DNA from: a virus
Lineage: Duplodnaviria; Caudoviricetes
Virus record (IMG/VR): IMGVR_UViG_3300009031_000368
Span: 96,001 to 160,000 of that record
Reading direction: 5' to 3' (one strand)
DNA length: 64,000 bases
How positions within the stretch are numbered: the stretch's first letter is position 1; the number at the start of each line of letters is the position of its first letter. The translations under genes and the position numbers were made by a program. A model generated the notes under the pieces. The model was given only the letters and a program-made list of their open reading frames with translations, was not told the origin of the DNA and made no database searches. Of this stretch, positions 11,003-21,590 are shown one piece after another.

Positions 11003-11485
11003 TTATTCTCCTTCATTAGTTTTTAATCGCTCAATACGAAACATTACATCAATAAAAATTTTACCATCCACGGCTTGCGCTATCAATGACTTAGACGCCG
11101 CAACGGCAAGACGGTTCAACAAATATTCTTCATCGTCCATGTGGTATGGAATACCCGGCTCATCTTTATAATAAAATAAGCACGCATTCAATGCGTTGAC
11201 TGTCGCGTCATCATATGCTGTAACTATATCATCGAACGGATAATATATAATTGTAATGCCAGCATCTGTCAGATTAGAAGCTGTTCGTTGTATTGCCATA
11301 AACAATAACCTGACAAACCTTCTTACCTGATCTCGAAATTGTTTGACACCTTCGTCAGCAATATCCTTCACATATTGAAGCTGTCTATCATAAATTGAAG
11401 CTAACGCTAATTTATCTCCACAATATGTATTGCTAATCAGTGGCTTCCACTTTTCGACAAGTTCATTATTCACCGTTTCATCCAA
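11003..11485 (-). CDS. Protein with gp23 N-terminal (delta-domain-like) motif
   Basis: ELVEKWKPLI...LALASIYDRQ resembles the gp23 N-terminus LLNKWKPLL...IAKIFENQ. Confidence 0.45.
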   Translation of the reverse strand: MDETVNNELVEKWKPLISNTYCGDKLALASIYDRQLQYVKDIADEGVKQFRDQVRRFVRLLFMAIQRTASNLTDAGITIIYYPFDDIVTAYDDATVNALNACLFYYKDEPGIPYHMDDEEYLLNRLAVAASKSLIAQAVDGKIFIDVMFRIERLKTNEGE

Positions 11486-12725
11486 TCATGTATTGTGGTT
11501 TTACCCATCGGCTCATCCACTCAAGCGGCTCCGACAAAGCATACAGCTGACGGAATTCCTGTATATACTGATTGGCTGTTTCGTAACCGGTGACATACAG
11601 CGCATTCTCGAAAGACCGTGCCGCTGAATCGGTAAAGTTAAATGAACCGGTCCATACCGCGTATGGCACCAACACGTTGACGTTACCGAATCGTGATGGC
11701 ACATACTGCCTCTCATATCGGCAGAACACCATAAACTTATGGTGCATTCTTTCTGACGCCTGATTCTCACGGTCACAATTTCCCACACATCGAACCGGAT
11801 CCACGTTGGTTCCTTCACCTAACAGCAATCCAATATCGTTGTATCGGTTCAACCCGCAATGCAGCTTACCGTATGATGCCTGTAACCGCCTAACGAAATC
11901 TGAACCGTTATCGTCCGGCCGGAGGAAATCTTCCTTTTGAACCAGTATCGCGCAATCTTTTTCCGACAATGCATCCAGTATACGCTTACTTGTCATCCAA
12001 GCCACACATCCGACAACGGCATCTGCTTCATGGATGTAGGCAGTGAGCGCCGTCGATAGATTCCTGAAATGGACACTGACACTTGCGTCAATATTCATCC
12101 TTGTATAATCATGTTGCGCGAATCCACCGGAACCTGTTGGTAGTTTTACATCGTTTAGATTTTCAATCCGCTTTACCGCTGTCGATTGTGCAATTGATTG
12201 CGCGTTATCTGAAACAACCTTTGCTTCTACTTCTGGATTACCAACTGGTGGTCCATCAACCACTACCTTCTTTTTCGTAGGTGTCTTTGCGCGCTGCCAC
12301 TGACGGTACATCTTGCCAACATCAAGCGCACCATCTTTTTCTTTCGCGATCCATGCTGTGGCGCGAGATTCACCAATAAGAAGTGACATCACAGAACTGT
12401 AAAAGAAATCATCGAACGGTGGCTCTGGTAAAAAGTGTTGTTCCGCTGGATGTCCTGTAGTTAGCTTGACGCCATCATTGTAAAACTTCTCGCGGATCTT
12501 AACCGCGTACTGAAGTTGTCCATCCGTAGCTGTTGGAAACTCCGGCCAGCCACGCTTAACCTGTTCAACGTAAAGCTTACCGACATATTCCTCGTGACAC
12601 GATGGACATTCCTTCAATTTCCATTCAGCAATTCTGTCTTCGTATCCTGGCGATAGCGTGAACTCCTTTTGGCTAAAATGTCCACAACTCATCTGAAGTT
12701 GAAATCGCTTTTTACCATATCCCAT
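11478..12725 (-). CDS. PLD-family (HKD) nuclease with N-terminal Zn-binding region
   Basis: GCVAWMTS, MHHKFMVF, VWTGSFNFT, SFENAL; N-terminal CGH...CPSC. Confidence 0.82.
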   Translation of the reverse strand: MGYGKKRFQLQMSCGHFSQKEFTLSPGYEDRIAEWKLKECPSCHEEYVGKLYVEQVKRGWPEFPTATDGQLQYAVKIREKFYNDGVKLTTGHPAEQHFLPEPPFDDFFYSSVMSLLIGESRATAWIAKEKDGALDVGKMYRQWQRAKTPTKKKVVVDGPPVGNPEVEAKVVSDNAQSIAQSTAVKRIENLNDVKLPTGSGGFAQHDYTRMNIDASVSVHFRNLSTALTAYIHEADAVVGCVAWMTSKRILDALSEKDCAILVQKEDFLRPDDNGSDFVRRLQASYGKLHCGLNRYNDIGLLLGEGTNVDPVRCVGNCDRENQASERMHHKFMVFCRYERQYVPSRFGNVNVLVPYAVWTGSFNFTDSAARSFENALYVTGYETANQYIQEFRQLYALSEPLEWMSRWVKPQYMIG

Positions 12726-12740
12726 AAATCACATGATTCC

Positions 12741-14884
12741 TTATTTTACAACATATCCACACAGTATCTGACCGGCCATACGGTATTCGCCAACCGTTGG
12801 ATAAAATCTGCCGGTTCGTTCTATGAACTTACCATGCCACTGTTTACCGGTAGTTGTACAGGTAAACTGTTTTTCCGATAGTCCAGAAACGTGCATGAAT
12901 CCCTTAACGAGTCCTTCATGCACAATGAAACACTTACTTTTGCCTGGAATCAGACATTCTGGAAAATGCTTCACCTTATAATTCAATGTCTGGTCGGAAC
13001 ATGCTGCAAACAATTCTTTCTCGTAATCCGACCACTTGATTGACTTGGGAACAGTTACCGCTATATGTGGTGTCACGATTTTATCCATCTGAACCTGCCA
13101 ACACCGTCATACTCTAGCCACTTTTGCTTAACTAATAGCTCTGTCGCGATAGAAGACGAAAGCCCATCATCGGAATACCCTAACAGTTCATCAATTTTGT
13201 CACATATAACATCGGAGTCGGTCCATTCGGTAAAACATGAGAGCTGCAACAGTTCAATGCCTTCAGGCGTATGAAGAGTAATATCTCGTTTGCAATTATC
13301 GTCTAGATCTATCTGATGATTGCGCTCAAGTCTTTTAACCATCTTGGTAAATTTATTACAAAAACACGCTAACTTTGTCCAATCTACTTTACGCATAAAA
13401 GTTGTGCTGCTGTTAGGCAGACCACTACTAACGATCAATATGTATTCATCACCAATTTTTGAGACAGAAAATTGAAAAGGATTATTACGAAATTCATCCT
13501 CATCTATACTTGCTGTTAAAACAAAATCACTCATCAGATACTCCCGCAAGTCGCTTAAGCTCTCCTGTCGACGCCCCAAGTTCATCGGCGATATCGTTAA
13601 ACCCTGAATCATCTGGTGTAGGTTCTATATCCGGTTGTTCATCGGTATCGTGTTCCCATCGCCTAGAGGCAATCACCGACAATACATCAAGCTGCAACCT
13701 GGCGACATTTGTCACATTAGGATTTAAACATCCCATGGCTGCTTCCTGCTCTACTGAAAACTCGAGCCGTTTACGGTTCAAGCCTGCCAACATGACCAAT
13801 TCATCATATGTACTAAATTCACTCATCGTAATCTAATCTCCAATCTATTTTGCATTTTTAATTGCAGTTTCCAGTGAAAGATCCATACGTGTCCACGATG
13901 CTTGTCCTATCTCATCCAGTGCAATTTGATGTCATTCCCTTACATGTTTAAGGGCATCATCGAAATCTGGCAACCTGACTCGTGCGCTACTTTTGCAGCC
14001 ATGCTGGCTCGATAACCTGGCCCAAGTCGTTGCTTGATTACCTTCACCTTGTACATCAATCTGTCATACAATCCAGAGCTATGCCAAGCTGTTTCATATT
14101 GGGTTTTATCACAAAGCTCATTCAGTATGTCTATATATGCTTCTTCTTCAGTTATTAAATGGTCCGTAAGCTGCAATAGGTCATACAGGCTGATGGTTCT
14201 ACCATTGCCAGCCTCAACACCGATCAAGACATCGTTACTACGTGGTTTAGCCGAAACAATAACGGTATATGTAACCAATCCATGGTTTCCTTTAATGATG
14301 GCAGGTTTAAATACACTATGATGTACTAGTGTATCAGCGCTTGACGTCATAACATCAACACCAACGTTATGACGTTCAATCAATTCATGTATGCAATCAA
14401 TTGCGCCGTCATCTGGAACATACTTCATGTCAATTTTATCTTCAGGTTCGATCAGATATGAAACATCGTACGGCTTTGATGTTGTTGGGAATACATCGGC
14501 CGGGAAGATCATAGTATTGGTTTTAAACAATATCAGCCGGGTTATCCACCTGACATCTGCCTCAAACGTGATGGTCCTGTCCGACATATGTAGTTTAATG
14601 GTTGATGCTGTAAACTGTTTCGGCAACATACCATCTAATACCGTTAACGTGATGGCATGAAAGACATGCGTCTCGGCCCGCATGATTTTAACGATGGTGA
14701 CATTGACACGGTGTAACGTTGTAGGCTTATCTTTATAAACATCCCTTGATGTAACGGCACAACGGACATTCTCCCATAACCGCACATCCGCTTCACCGCC
14801 AAACAATCTGCAAAGCTCTGTCGCACTGTTCTGAATCATAAGATTTGTCTCCATATAAATTATGGTCAACCTGACACCACTCAA
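12741..14884 (-). CDS. Four hypothetical proteins (12741..13088, 13073..13612, 13527..13826, 13940..14884)
   Basis: Co-oriented tightly packed ORFs; true starts are probably downstream of the longest-ORF starts. Confidence 0.55.
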
Positions 14885-14912
14885 GACATCAGATTGAAAT
14901 GTCGATTACCTA

Positions 14913-15791
14913 TTAGAATGGAATTAGGTCGTCTTCATTGGTGGCGGGTCTAATTGTTTCGCCATGCTGATTTAGCATTTCGGTAGAGTCATCCTGACCG
15001 ATGATGGGAATACCACGCTGACGCATGATTTCATCAGCAAGCTGTGTCGCGTCGGCCAGACTCATTGGCTGGATCAACTCACTATACTTGAATGGTGTCC
15101 AAGGATACTTGTCGTAATTCTCGACACCAGCTTCTGCCGCAAGCTTTGCCCATTGAGTCTTGTCATAGAACTCAACAAACTCAAATTCATCTCCACACGA
15201 TGGAGACTTATCGTCCCTACGACTGACATCAAACACACAACCGACGATATCGTCTAGATTCTTATAGGCAGACTTGCGCTTTAGTGCATCGAACTTCTTC
15301 TTCAAGAGATCCGCAACACCAACCGTCTCCTTCTTTTCGCCAGTCTTTGGGTCGGTGTATTTCTTGCCAAACTTCGCCGGAAAAAGCTGTCGGATACCCT
15401 TATGGGTGACCGTTCCATCATCATGTTTGAATCCACTCAACAGTGCAACCGTCAATAGCCCAGTATGATACACCTTTGATCCAGGTCTCGTATCACCCTT
15501 AATATAAGGGTAAGCTCTGTCAAGTGGGTCTTCCGCATAAGTCAATCCGGTTTCAGGATCCGGAATGCCCTTATTTCTGGTAAGATGTGGCGTATAGTTG
15601 TAGAATGAACCATTGTGGTAATACTGACGTTCCCAGAACGTGAACATCGTATTAAGGCCATCGATGAATAGAACCTGTGCCTGCTCTCCGAGACGTACAT
15701 TCAATCGCTTCGGCATATGCTTGTTTGAATTAACTGGAGCCCGTTGTGACTCCTTGCTCCCCTCACTGTAACCAGTACTGTACCAACCCAT
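14913..15791 (-). CDS. Single-stranded DNA-binding protein (gp32-like)
   Basis: Aromatic-rich OB-like core, GCVFDVSRRDDKSPSCGD, acidic tail ending EDDLIPF; located next to the primase. Confidence 0.68.
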   Translation of the reverse strand: MGWYSTGYSEGSKESQRAPVNSNKHMPKRLNVRLGEQAQVLFIDGLNTMFTFWERQYYHNGSFYNYTPHLTRNKGIPDPETGLTYAEDPLDRAYPYIKGDTRPGSKVYHTGLLTVALLSGFKHDDGTVTHKGIRQLFPAKFGKKYTDPKTGEKKETVGVADLLKKKFDALKRKSAYKNLDDIVGCVFDVSRRDDKSPSCGDEFEFVEFYDKTQWAKLAAEAGVENYDKYPWTPFKYSELIQPMSLADATQLADEIMRQRGIPIIGQDDSTEMLNQHGETIRPATNEDDLIPF

Positions 15792-15903
15792 AACGTTATC
15801 CTTTCAGATTTAATTGATTCCCAAATCTGGGATTTGATGCACCATTGTGTGCATGCTATAATGATATGTAATCATGATTAGATGAATGTGTCAAATGGTT
15901 TTA

Positions 15904-17040
15904 TTACTTTATATTGTTGTTGACATCATTATGACATTTATCAATAGATAGGCCGTTTTCGGCCAGCACTAGCTTTAATTTATCGTCGTCAAGATCTCCT
16001 GGATCTTCAGATGGCTTATTGATTAAGCGAATCGTTTTACCGCCTAGCTGTATAAACCGTATCCCAACATTGAATTCCATTTCCTCGCCAGCCGGATCGC
16101 TATCGCCCCAAACAACCAACTCATCGAACCATGTTCTAAGCTTTGACAGCTGAACATCCCCGACATTTGTTCCCAACGATGCAACCGGATTTATCGCACC
16201 ATTTTGCCAAAGCTTAAGGACATCGAAGCCACCTTCCACCAGAATGCCTCTCCGTATTGAATGATTGATCTTATGCTCACCATAAAGGATGAGATTGCGC
16301 CAACCGCGACTATCGACATTATGGCTATGGAGATACTTCGGCGGGATGGACCATCTGCAATCAATTGCACTACATTTTCCGTTTACGTTTTCATGATGAC
16401 GGGGGCATTGTGGATTTGGATCATAAAGCCGGCCCGTGATACCGACAAGTTCACCTTTGTAATTTCTTGCGGGAAACAACAACCGCTTCATTTTTCGATC
16501 ATGACCAAGTTCCCACTCCCGGCACACATCCAGAGTCAATCCTCGATCTAATGCATAATTGGGTACCGATGATCGATATGGTGCGTAAACCGATTCATCC
16601 AACACGCTGTACGTTATATCGTCCAGGCTAAATAGCGTGGTACGTTTACGTGTACGGCTAGATGTATTCTTTAACTGTTTGAGTGTGCCGCGTCCAGGTT
16701 GATCGAAACCGCTTTGACGAATCAGATTCAATCGATCCAACATGCCGTCAGGCGAATGACTGAATTCCTCATCTCGTAACAACAAGAGCATAAATATGCC
16801 CATCGGTGTCTTTGTCGTAAACTGAAACCTCAACACCGTATCGGTAAATGGTTCCTTCAGCTTACACGCCAGACAACTTGACATTGGAGTGTCGCCGATC
16901 AATACGGCAAACGACGGATGCCGGTCGTAGCCATCTCGATGTTTTGCTTCATTAGGGCAACTTGAAGTTACTTTATTTTGATGTTGTTTTATTTCACGAC
17001 ACCCCATTACCGATAGGGCGTGTGCGATAACGTCAATCAC
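15904..17040 (-). CDS. DnaG-like DNA primase
   Basis: N-terminal Zn domain (CP...H...CLAC), ILVEGGFDVL, VASLGT, WGDSDPAG, DPGD TOPRIM motifs. Confidence 0.88.
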   Translation of the reverse strand: MIDVIAHALSVMGCREIKQHQNKVTSSCPNEAKHRDGYDRHPSFAVLIGDTPMSSCLACKLKEPFTDTVLRFQFTTKTPMGIFMLLLLRDEEFSHSPDGMLDRLNLIRQSGFDQPGRGTLKQLKNTSSRTRKRTTLFSLDDITYSVLDESVYAPYRSSVPNYALDRGLTLDVCREWELGHDRKMKRLLFPARNYKGELVGITGRLYDPNPQCPRHHENVNGKCSAIDCRWSIPPKYLHSHNVDSRGWRNLILYGEHKINHSIRRGILVEGGFDVLKLWQNGAINPVASLGTNVGDVQLSKLRTWFDELVVWGDSDPAGEEMEFNVGIRFIQLGGKTIRLINKPSEDPGDLDDDKLKLVLAENGLSIDKCHNDVNNNIK

Positions 17041-17172
17041 GCGGTATCCTCCCTTTTCAGGTTATAGCATGAAGTGGATGATATGTAACAACATGCGCAA
17101 GCAATTGCACCATTAACGGTTTGCATATTCGGTAATCCGTGATAATATCACATCATTACATAAAGATAAACA

Positions 17173-18642
17173 ATGAATGGAACAACAATGAAAATCGTTA
17201 TCAATACCCATGCGTTTATACCGAAACAAACCAATGAATGTCCAGATGGCATCAACATACAACAAGCCCATACAGTAAAAAATGCATTAACGGTAATCCC
17301 GCGCGTTATGCAAGACTTTGCCGATGATGCCGACACTCAACCGATTTATTGTTTCAAGGAAACGGCAACCCATATCGGGGTACCGCGTGCATTTTTTGAA
17401 TCAAACAGAAAAAGGGATCATGAAGTAATTGAAGACTACTGCAATGGTGCCCCGACGCCAGAGCTAACGACAAATTGGAAGGCGGAAGGCAAATACGCAG
17501 AACAGAAAATTGCCGTAGACAGTATGGTTGATGTTCTTTTAAAAGGATCACATGGTGCAATTCTTCAAGGGAACTGTGCGTTTGGAAAAACTCAAAGTGG
17601 CATCGAAATAGCGAGAAGGCTTGGTCGCGCAACTATCATTCTTTGCCATAAGGACTTTCTGATAGACCAATGGACTGATCGTATCAAGATGTTGATACCG
17701 GATGCTAGGGTTGGTCTTGTTAAACAAAACACATGTGATTATAGAAACAAGGACTTCACAGTTGCTTCAATTCAGACTTTACTTGAGCGCAAATATGACG
17801 AAGAATTCTATAAAACATTTGGAACAATAATCTGTGATGAGTGTCACCGCAGCGGATCTCGTACATGGTCTGATACATTAAACATGTTCCCAGCTAAATA
17901 CAAGCTAGGATTGTCAGCGACTCCAAGAAGAAAAGATGGTTGTGAAAATATCTTTTTCTGGAGTATCGGACCAATCGGGTATGTCGCAAAAACTAAGCCT
18001 ATTGCCTTCAAAGTCAAGAAAGTCGATACCGGCTGGACATGTAAAGAAACAATCATGAAGCCTCAAGCGCTTTCCATGATGTCAGTTGATCAATACCGTA
18101 ACAGACGAATCGTTGACGAATTGGTAAAAGCGCTAACTGCTGGCCGGAAGGTTCTCGTTATGGGCGAACGGCTCAACATGCTGGAAGGCATCAAGATTGA
18201 CCTGGAAAAGGTTATGCCAGGTATTTCAATCGGTATATATTGTGGTGAATGGTTTGAATCAACGGCCGACAGACCTGAAAAGTATAAGCGTAAGAAATCG
18301 ACTCGAAAAATGCGAAAGGTGACTAAAGCAGAAAAAGAACTTGCAGCCGGCTGTCGCGTCATTCTCGCCACACGTCAAACGGTTGAAGAAGGATTTGATG
18401 TCCAGGATTTAGACACTCTTGCACTTGTTACACCGATATCTGATCCTGAACAAGCTGTTGGCCGAATTAGACGTCATCCACGAGAAGGGCAGACCAAAAA
18501 AGATCCCATCGTGATTGATTTTGTTGACAACGTAGGCTTCGCACAGTCATCATTTAAATGGCGAAAGCAGTTCTATGTTGAAAACGATGCGATGCCGGCA
18601 TCAACCGGTTCACAGATACAGCTCATAAAGAAACAATCATGA
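17173..18642 (+). CDS. SF2 DExH helicase (UvsW/XPB-like)
   Basis: CAFGKT, DECHR, LSATPRRKDG, EEGFDVQDLD, QAVGRIRR. Confidence 0.9.
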   Translation: MNGTTMKIVINTHAFIPKQTNECPDGINIQQAHTVKNALTVIPRVMQDFADDADTQPIYCFKETATHIGVPRAFFESNRKRDHEVIEDYCNGAPTPELTTNWKAEGKYAEQKIAVDSMVDVLLKGSHGAILQGNCAFGKTQSGIEIARRLGRATIILCHKDFLIDQWTDRIKMLIPDARVGLVKQNTCDYRNKDFTVASIQTLLERKYDEEFYKTFGTIICDECHRSGSRTWSDTLNMFPAKYKLGLSATPRRKDGCENIFFWSIGPIGYVAKTKPIAFKVKKVDTGWTCKETIMKPQALSMMSVDQYRNRRIVDELVKALTAGRKVLVMGERLNMLEGIKIDLEKVMPGISIGIYCGEWFESTADRPEKYKRKKSTRKMRKVTKAEKELAAGCRVILATRQTVEEGFDVQDLDTLALVTPISDPEQAVGRIRRHPREGQTKKDPIVIDFVDNVGFAQSSFKWRKQFYVENDAMPASTGSQIQLIKKQS

Positions 18643-19891
18643 AACTATATGATATACTTTCCAATACTCAAACGGTAAACCTGAAACGATACATCGACTC
18701 CATCAGCCGATATGTAAACGATCCTATCATGTATCTGAATGATCCAGAACTTTATGAATCAGATATAGTGCAACATCCAATGTTCGATGAATCAATGTTA
18801 GACACATTTGAACAACAGCGCACCATTGATGTTTGGACCATACTGATTGACGAACGAGACTGTTGGGCGCCTGAACACTCAGCGTATATTGAAAAGTGGA
18901 ATTTGATTCCATTTGATTACCAGCATCAATATCTGTGTAGCCATTACTTCAAACGGCCCGGACGTGAATGTAGAACATGTATGTTTCGTGCTACAGGACA
19001 ATCTGTCGCAACAAATGCAAGGTTAACAATATCTGGGAGAAAATGATGCCATACTTTAAAGATTTCAAAAAACAAATCACAATAAAAGATGCACTATACA
19101 TGTGTCCTTACTGCGATGGAACAATTTATAAAACATCATCGACGCAATGTTACGTCGGCCATTTTAATGAATGTTGCCATAAACATGAAGTTAACATCAC
19201 ACAAAGAATGCACGATGAGGACTACCGCGATATGGTAGGCGCAACTGTGATGTATGTATTGGACAATGACCATATTTACATGGCAACAATTACACGATTT
19301 ATACCTGAAAGCGTATATGCAGACTTACATGTCACCATTAACGGAAAAGAAATAGAGATATCGGCAGTAAAAGAAGCATGGGGTGACTACAACAAAAAGC
19401 CTCATTGGAGATACTGTATGGGAAGTGATTTTAACAAAGAAACTACTTATCATGCTTATCCCACAACGATGACTTCCGAACAAGTGGCTGGTTCGGTCGA
19501 TGAAGTGCTGGAATGGTGGTTGGCTGAACACCGGTATCAGGTATTATCAGATTATACTGTCACCGTTGAGCCACAATTGTTGAGAGAAAAATTTCAACCT
19601 GGACGTGAGGCGGTTTGCGTAACCGTTAAAACGATGCCATTGCTTCAAAACGAACAATCGAAGTACCATGGACTGATTAAAGACCTGAAGCAATTGATGC
19701 TTCGCGCATACCTGATGACTTACCGGGAAGATTTTACCAATGTTGAATTGTTTGAAAGCGAACTGGCGCGTCAACTAAACGATAACTATTTGGCGATTTG
19801 TCGCGAAGCTGATCCAGAGTATCGGGCCGGTATTGAGGAAGCTTATTGTTGCTATAGTTTTGACCTATACTTTGTAAGGGAGCAGTTATGA
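18639..19891 (+). CDS. Two hypothetical proteins (18639..19046, ~19043..19891)
   Basis: ATGA-coupled ORFs downstream of the helicase. Confidence 0.6.
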
Positions 19892-20457
19892 CGTGTATTG
19901 TTGGTCTTGTGCAAAACGATGAAGTCTGGATTGGTTCCGATAGCCGTGTTTCATTTGGCGACAGTTATGGATACACGACATCTACCGAAAAGGTATTTAC
20001 TAACCGGTTCCTGTTCGGTTGCTGTGGCGACATTAGAATGATCAATCTCTTGCGATATGAACTTGTTGTTCCAGAACTAGACGAATATGATTTGGACAGA
20101 TCTATCGTAACCAGGCTTATTCCAGCCATACAAAAAACGTATAAGGAAGGTGGATGGCTGATTGAAAATCAAGGGCGACAACAAGGTGGTCAGTTTCTAC
20201 TAGCGGTTGGCAATAATCTCTACACCGTTGACTATAACCATCAGATCATTAAACCTGGATCCGGATTTACTGCAATCGGTTCTGGCGTGGAGGTTGCACT
20301 TGGAAGCCTGTATTCCACGGCAAAAAGGGAACCGCTCAACAGGGTACTGACGGCATTACAGGCTGGTGCAAGCTTTAACCCATACGTAGCCGCGCCGTTT
20401 CATATCTGGCGTTCCGGATCCAGTGGAATAAGTTACTGCGGGATATTTAATCGCTAA
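19888..20457 (+). CDS. HslV/proteasome-beta-like Ntn peptidase
   Basis: N-terminal (M)TCIVG with Thr nucleophile, GSDSRVS, EKVF, AIGSG. Confidence 0.8.
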   Translation: MTCIVGLVQNDEVWIGSDSRVSFGDSYGYTTSTEKVFTNRFLFGCCGDIRMINLLRYELVVPELDEYDLDRSIVTRLIPAIQKTYKEGGWLIENQGRQQGGQFLLAVGNNLYTVDYNHQIIKPGSGFTAIGSGVEVALGSLYSTAKREPLNRVLTALQAGASFNPYVAAPFHIWRSGSSGISYCGIFNR

Positions 20458-20813
20458 GGGATGTTATACGTTCGATACACTGGCTTTACGCCAGTTTGCT
20501 TTATCGATTCAACTACGACTGCAATAATGCGTTTAGCATCGTCGGAATAATCTGCATTACATCGGCCTTCACCCGTATACTCAGTCACCTCTCCCGTAAC
20601 TGCATGCATATACGAATATTCTGAGGAATGCCACGATACGGCGAATTTTCTCATTGAAATGCGATCGATCAAGTCTCTGTCATCAATATACTGCTTGCCG
20701 ACGTGAAACAATTGGCCATCGTGATAAAAATGGTAGGAGCCGTCGCCATGCATCGTAATGTCAAACATCATCATCCTCCATGTGGAACAAGATACTTGAC
20801 GGCATGATAACAT
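20454..20813 (-). CDS. Hypothetical protein
   Basis: ORF with SD GGAGG before ATG ~20775 and its own promoter. Confidence 0.55.
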   Translation of the reverse strand: MLSCRQVSCSTWRMMMFDITMHGDGSYHFYHDGQLFHVGKQYIDDRDLIDRISMRKFAVSWHSSEYSYMHAVTGEVTEYTGEGRCNADYSDDAKRIIAVVVESIKQTGVKPVYRTYNIP

Positions 20814-20832
20814 ACGCTGCTGACGTTGTCAA
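20804..20832 (-). promoter_or_regulatory. Sigma70-type promoter
   Basis: TTGACA-N17-TATCAT with TG extended -10. Confidence 0.7.
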
Positions 20833-20839
20833 GTAGTTT

Positions 20840-21433
20840 TTAAAAAACCATCCATGCCAGCACGATAACGGCGCAATGGATCCCGATTTCAAACAATCGC
20901 TGGCCGACCATTTCTTCCTGCACCAGCATTAGCCCGCTGACGATTTCCATCAATTCTTTATGGGTAAGTCGCTGATTTTGATCTTCGGCCACAAACACAA
21001 TATCGGACCATCGTTGAAGGATCGGCTCAATGCTGTTGGCGAGATGTTGTACACCAATCTTTTCGGCCAGCCATAACGGAAACCTGGTACAGTCGGCAAC
21101 AAAATGCAAAGTTAGCAGCGTAATTGAAAACATCGCTATCTGTGGCAGTGTAACTGCTACACCGTACAGTCCAAACACCGTTACACAGGCTGTCCAAATG
21201 GTGGAATGGATCAATCCGGCGATAAGCGCGTAACGTTTATTGTTTTTCCATTCGCGCTTTGTGGCATTAAGTTTTGAAGGTTGGATCACATACTCGGCCA
21301 AACAATGACCAATCAGCGCTCCACCTAGATTGATGGGATTAAATACTATCAAGATTTGCCTTCTCTTTTTCTGACCAGAAACGTTCAACGGCTGAACGAT
21401 ACAGATCGCCACCGTGCGTATACCTGTAATCAT
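20840..21433 (-). CDS. DUF3307-like membrane protein
   Basis: GHCLAEYVIQP, LIHS, LHFVAD histidine pattern with hydrophobic helices; real start probably TTG 21352. Confidence 0.6.
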   Translation of the reverse strand: MITGIRTVAICIVQPLNVSGQKKRRQILIVFNPINLGGALIGHCLAEYVIQPSKLNATKREWKNNKRYALIAGLIHSTIWTACVTVFGLYGVAVTLPQIAMFSITLLTLHFVADCTRFPLWLAEKIGVQHLANSIEPILQRWSDIVFVAEDQNQRLTHKELMEIVSGLMLVQEEMVGQRLFEIGIHCAVIVLAWMVF

Positions 21434-21590
21434 CTGCGGATGCTGGAACCACTACCGGGTCGCGACTTGGAAATTGAATCGTGTTTTCAACAAAATTGAA
21501 ATATACAACATAATTACGTATACGGTTGCTGACAACAACAGTCTGAAATGCCTTCATGACGATATCTCTCCTATCTGGTTTTATTATCAA
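21339..21590 (-). CDS. Hypothetical protein
   Basis: 83-aa ORF in operon. Confidence 0.5.
   Translation of the reverse strand: MIIKPDRRDIVMKAFQTVVVSNRIRNYVVYFNFVENTIQFPSRDPVVVPASADDYRYTHGGDLYRSAVERFWSEKEKANLDSI

Noticed and set aside
10998-11016. Programmed frameshift fusing the two gp23-like ORFs
   Set aside because: The downstream ORF has its own SD (AAGGAG) and ATG just after the upstream stop, and no convincing slippery site.
16320-16420. Primase Cys/His insertion containing a motif copy as evidence of a mini mobile element
   Set aside because: Other copies are not in insertions, and the paralog comparison at 32.3-32.9 kb indicates a point-mutation origin.
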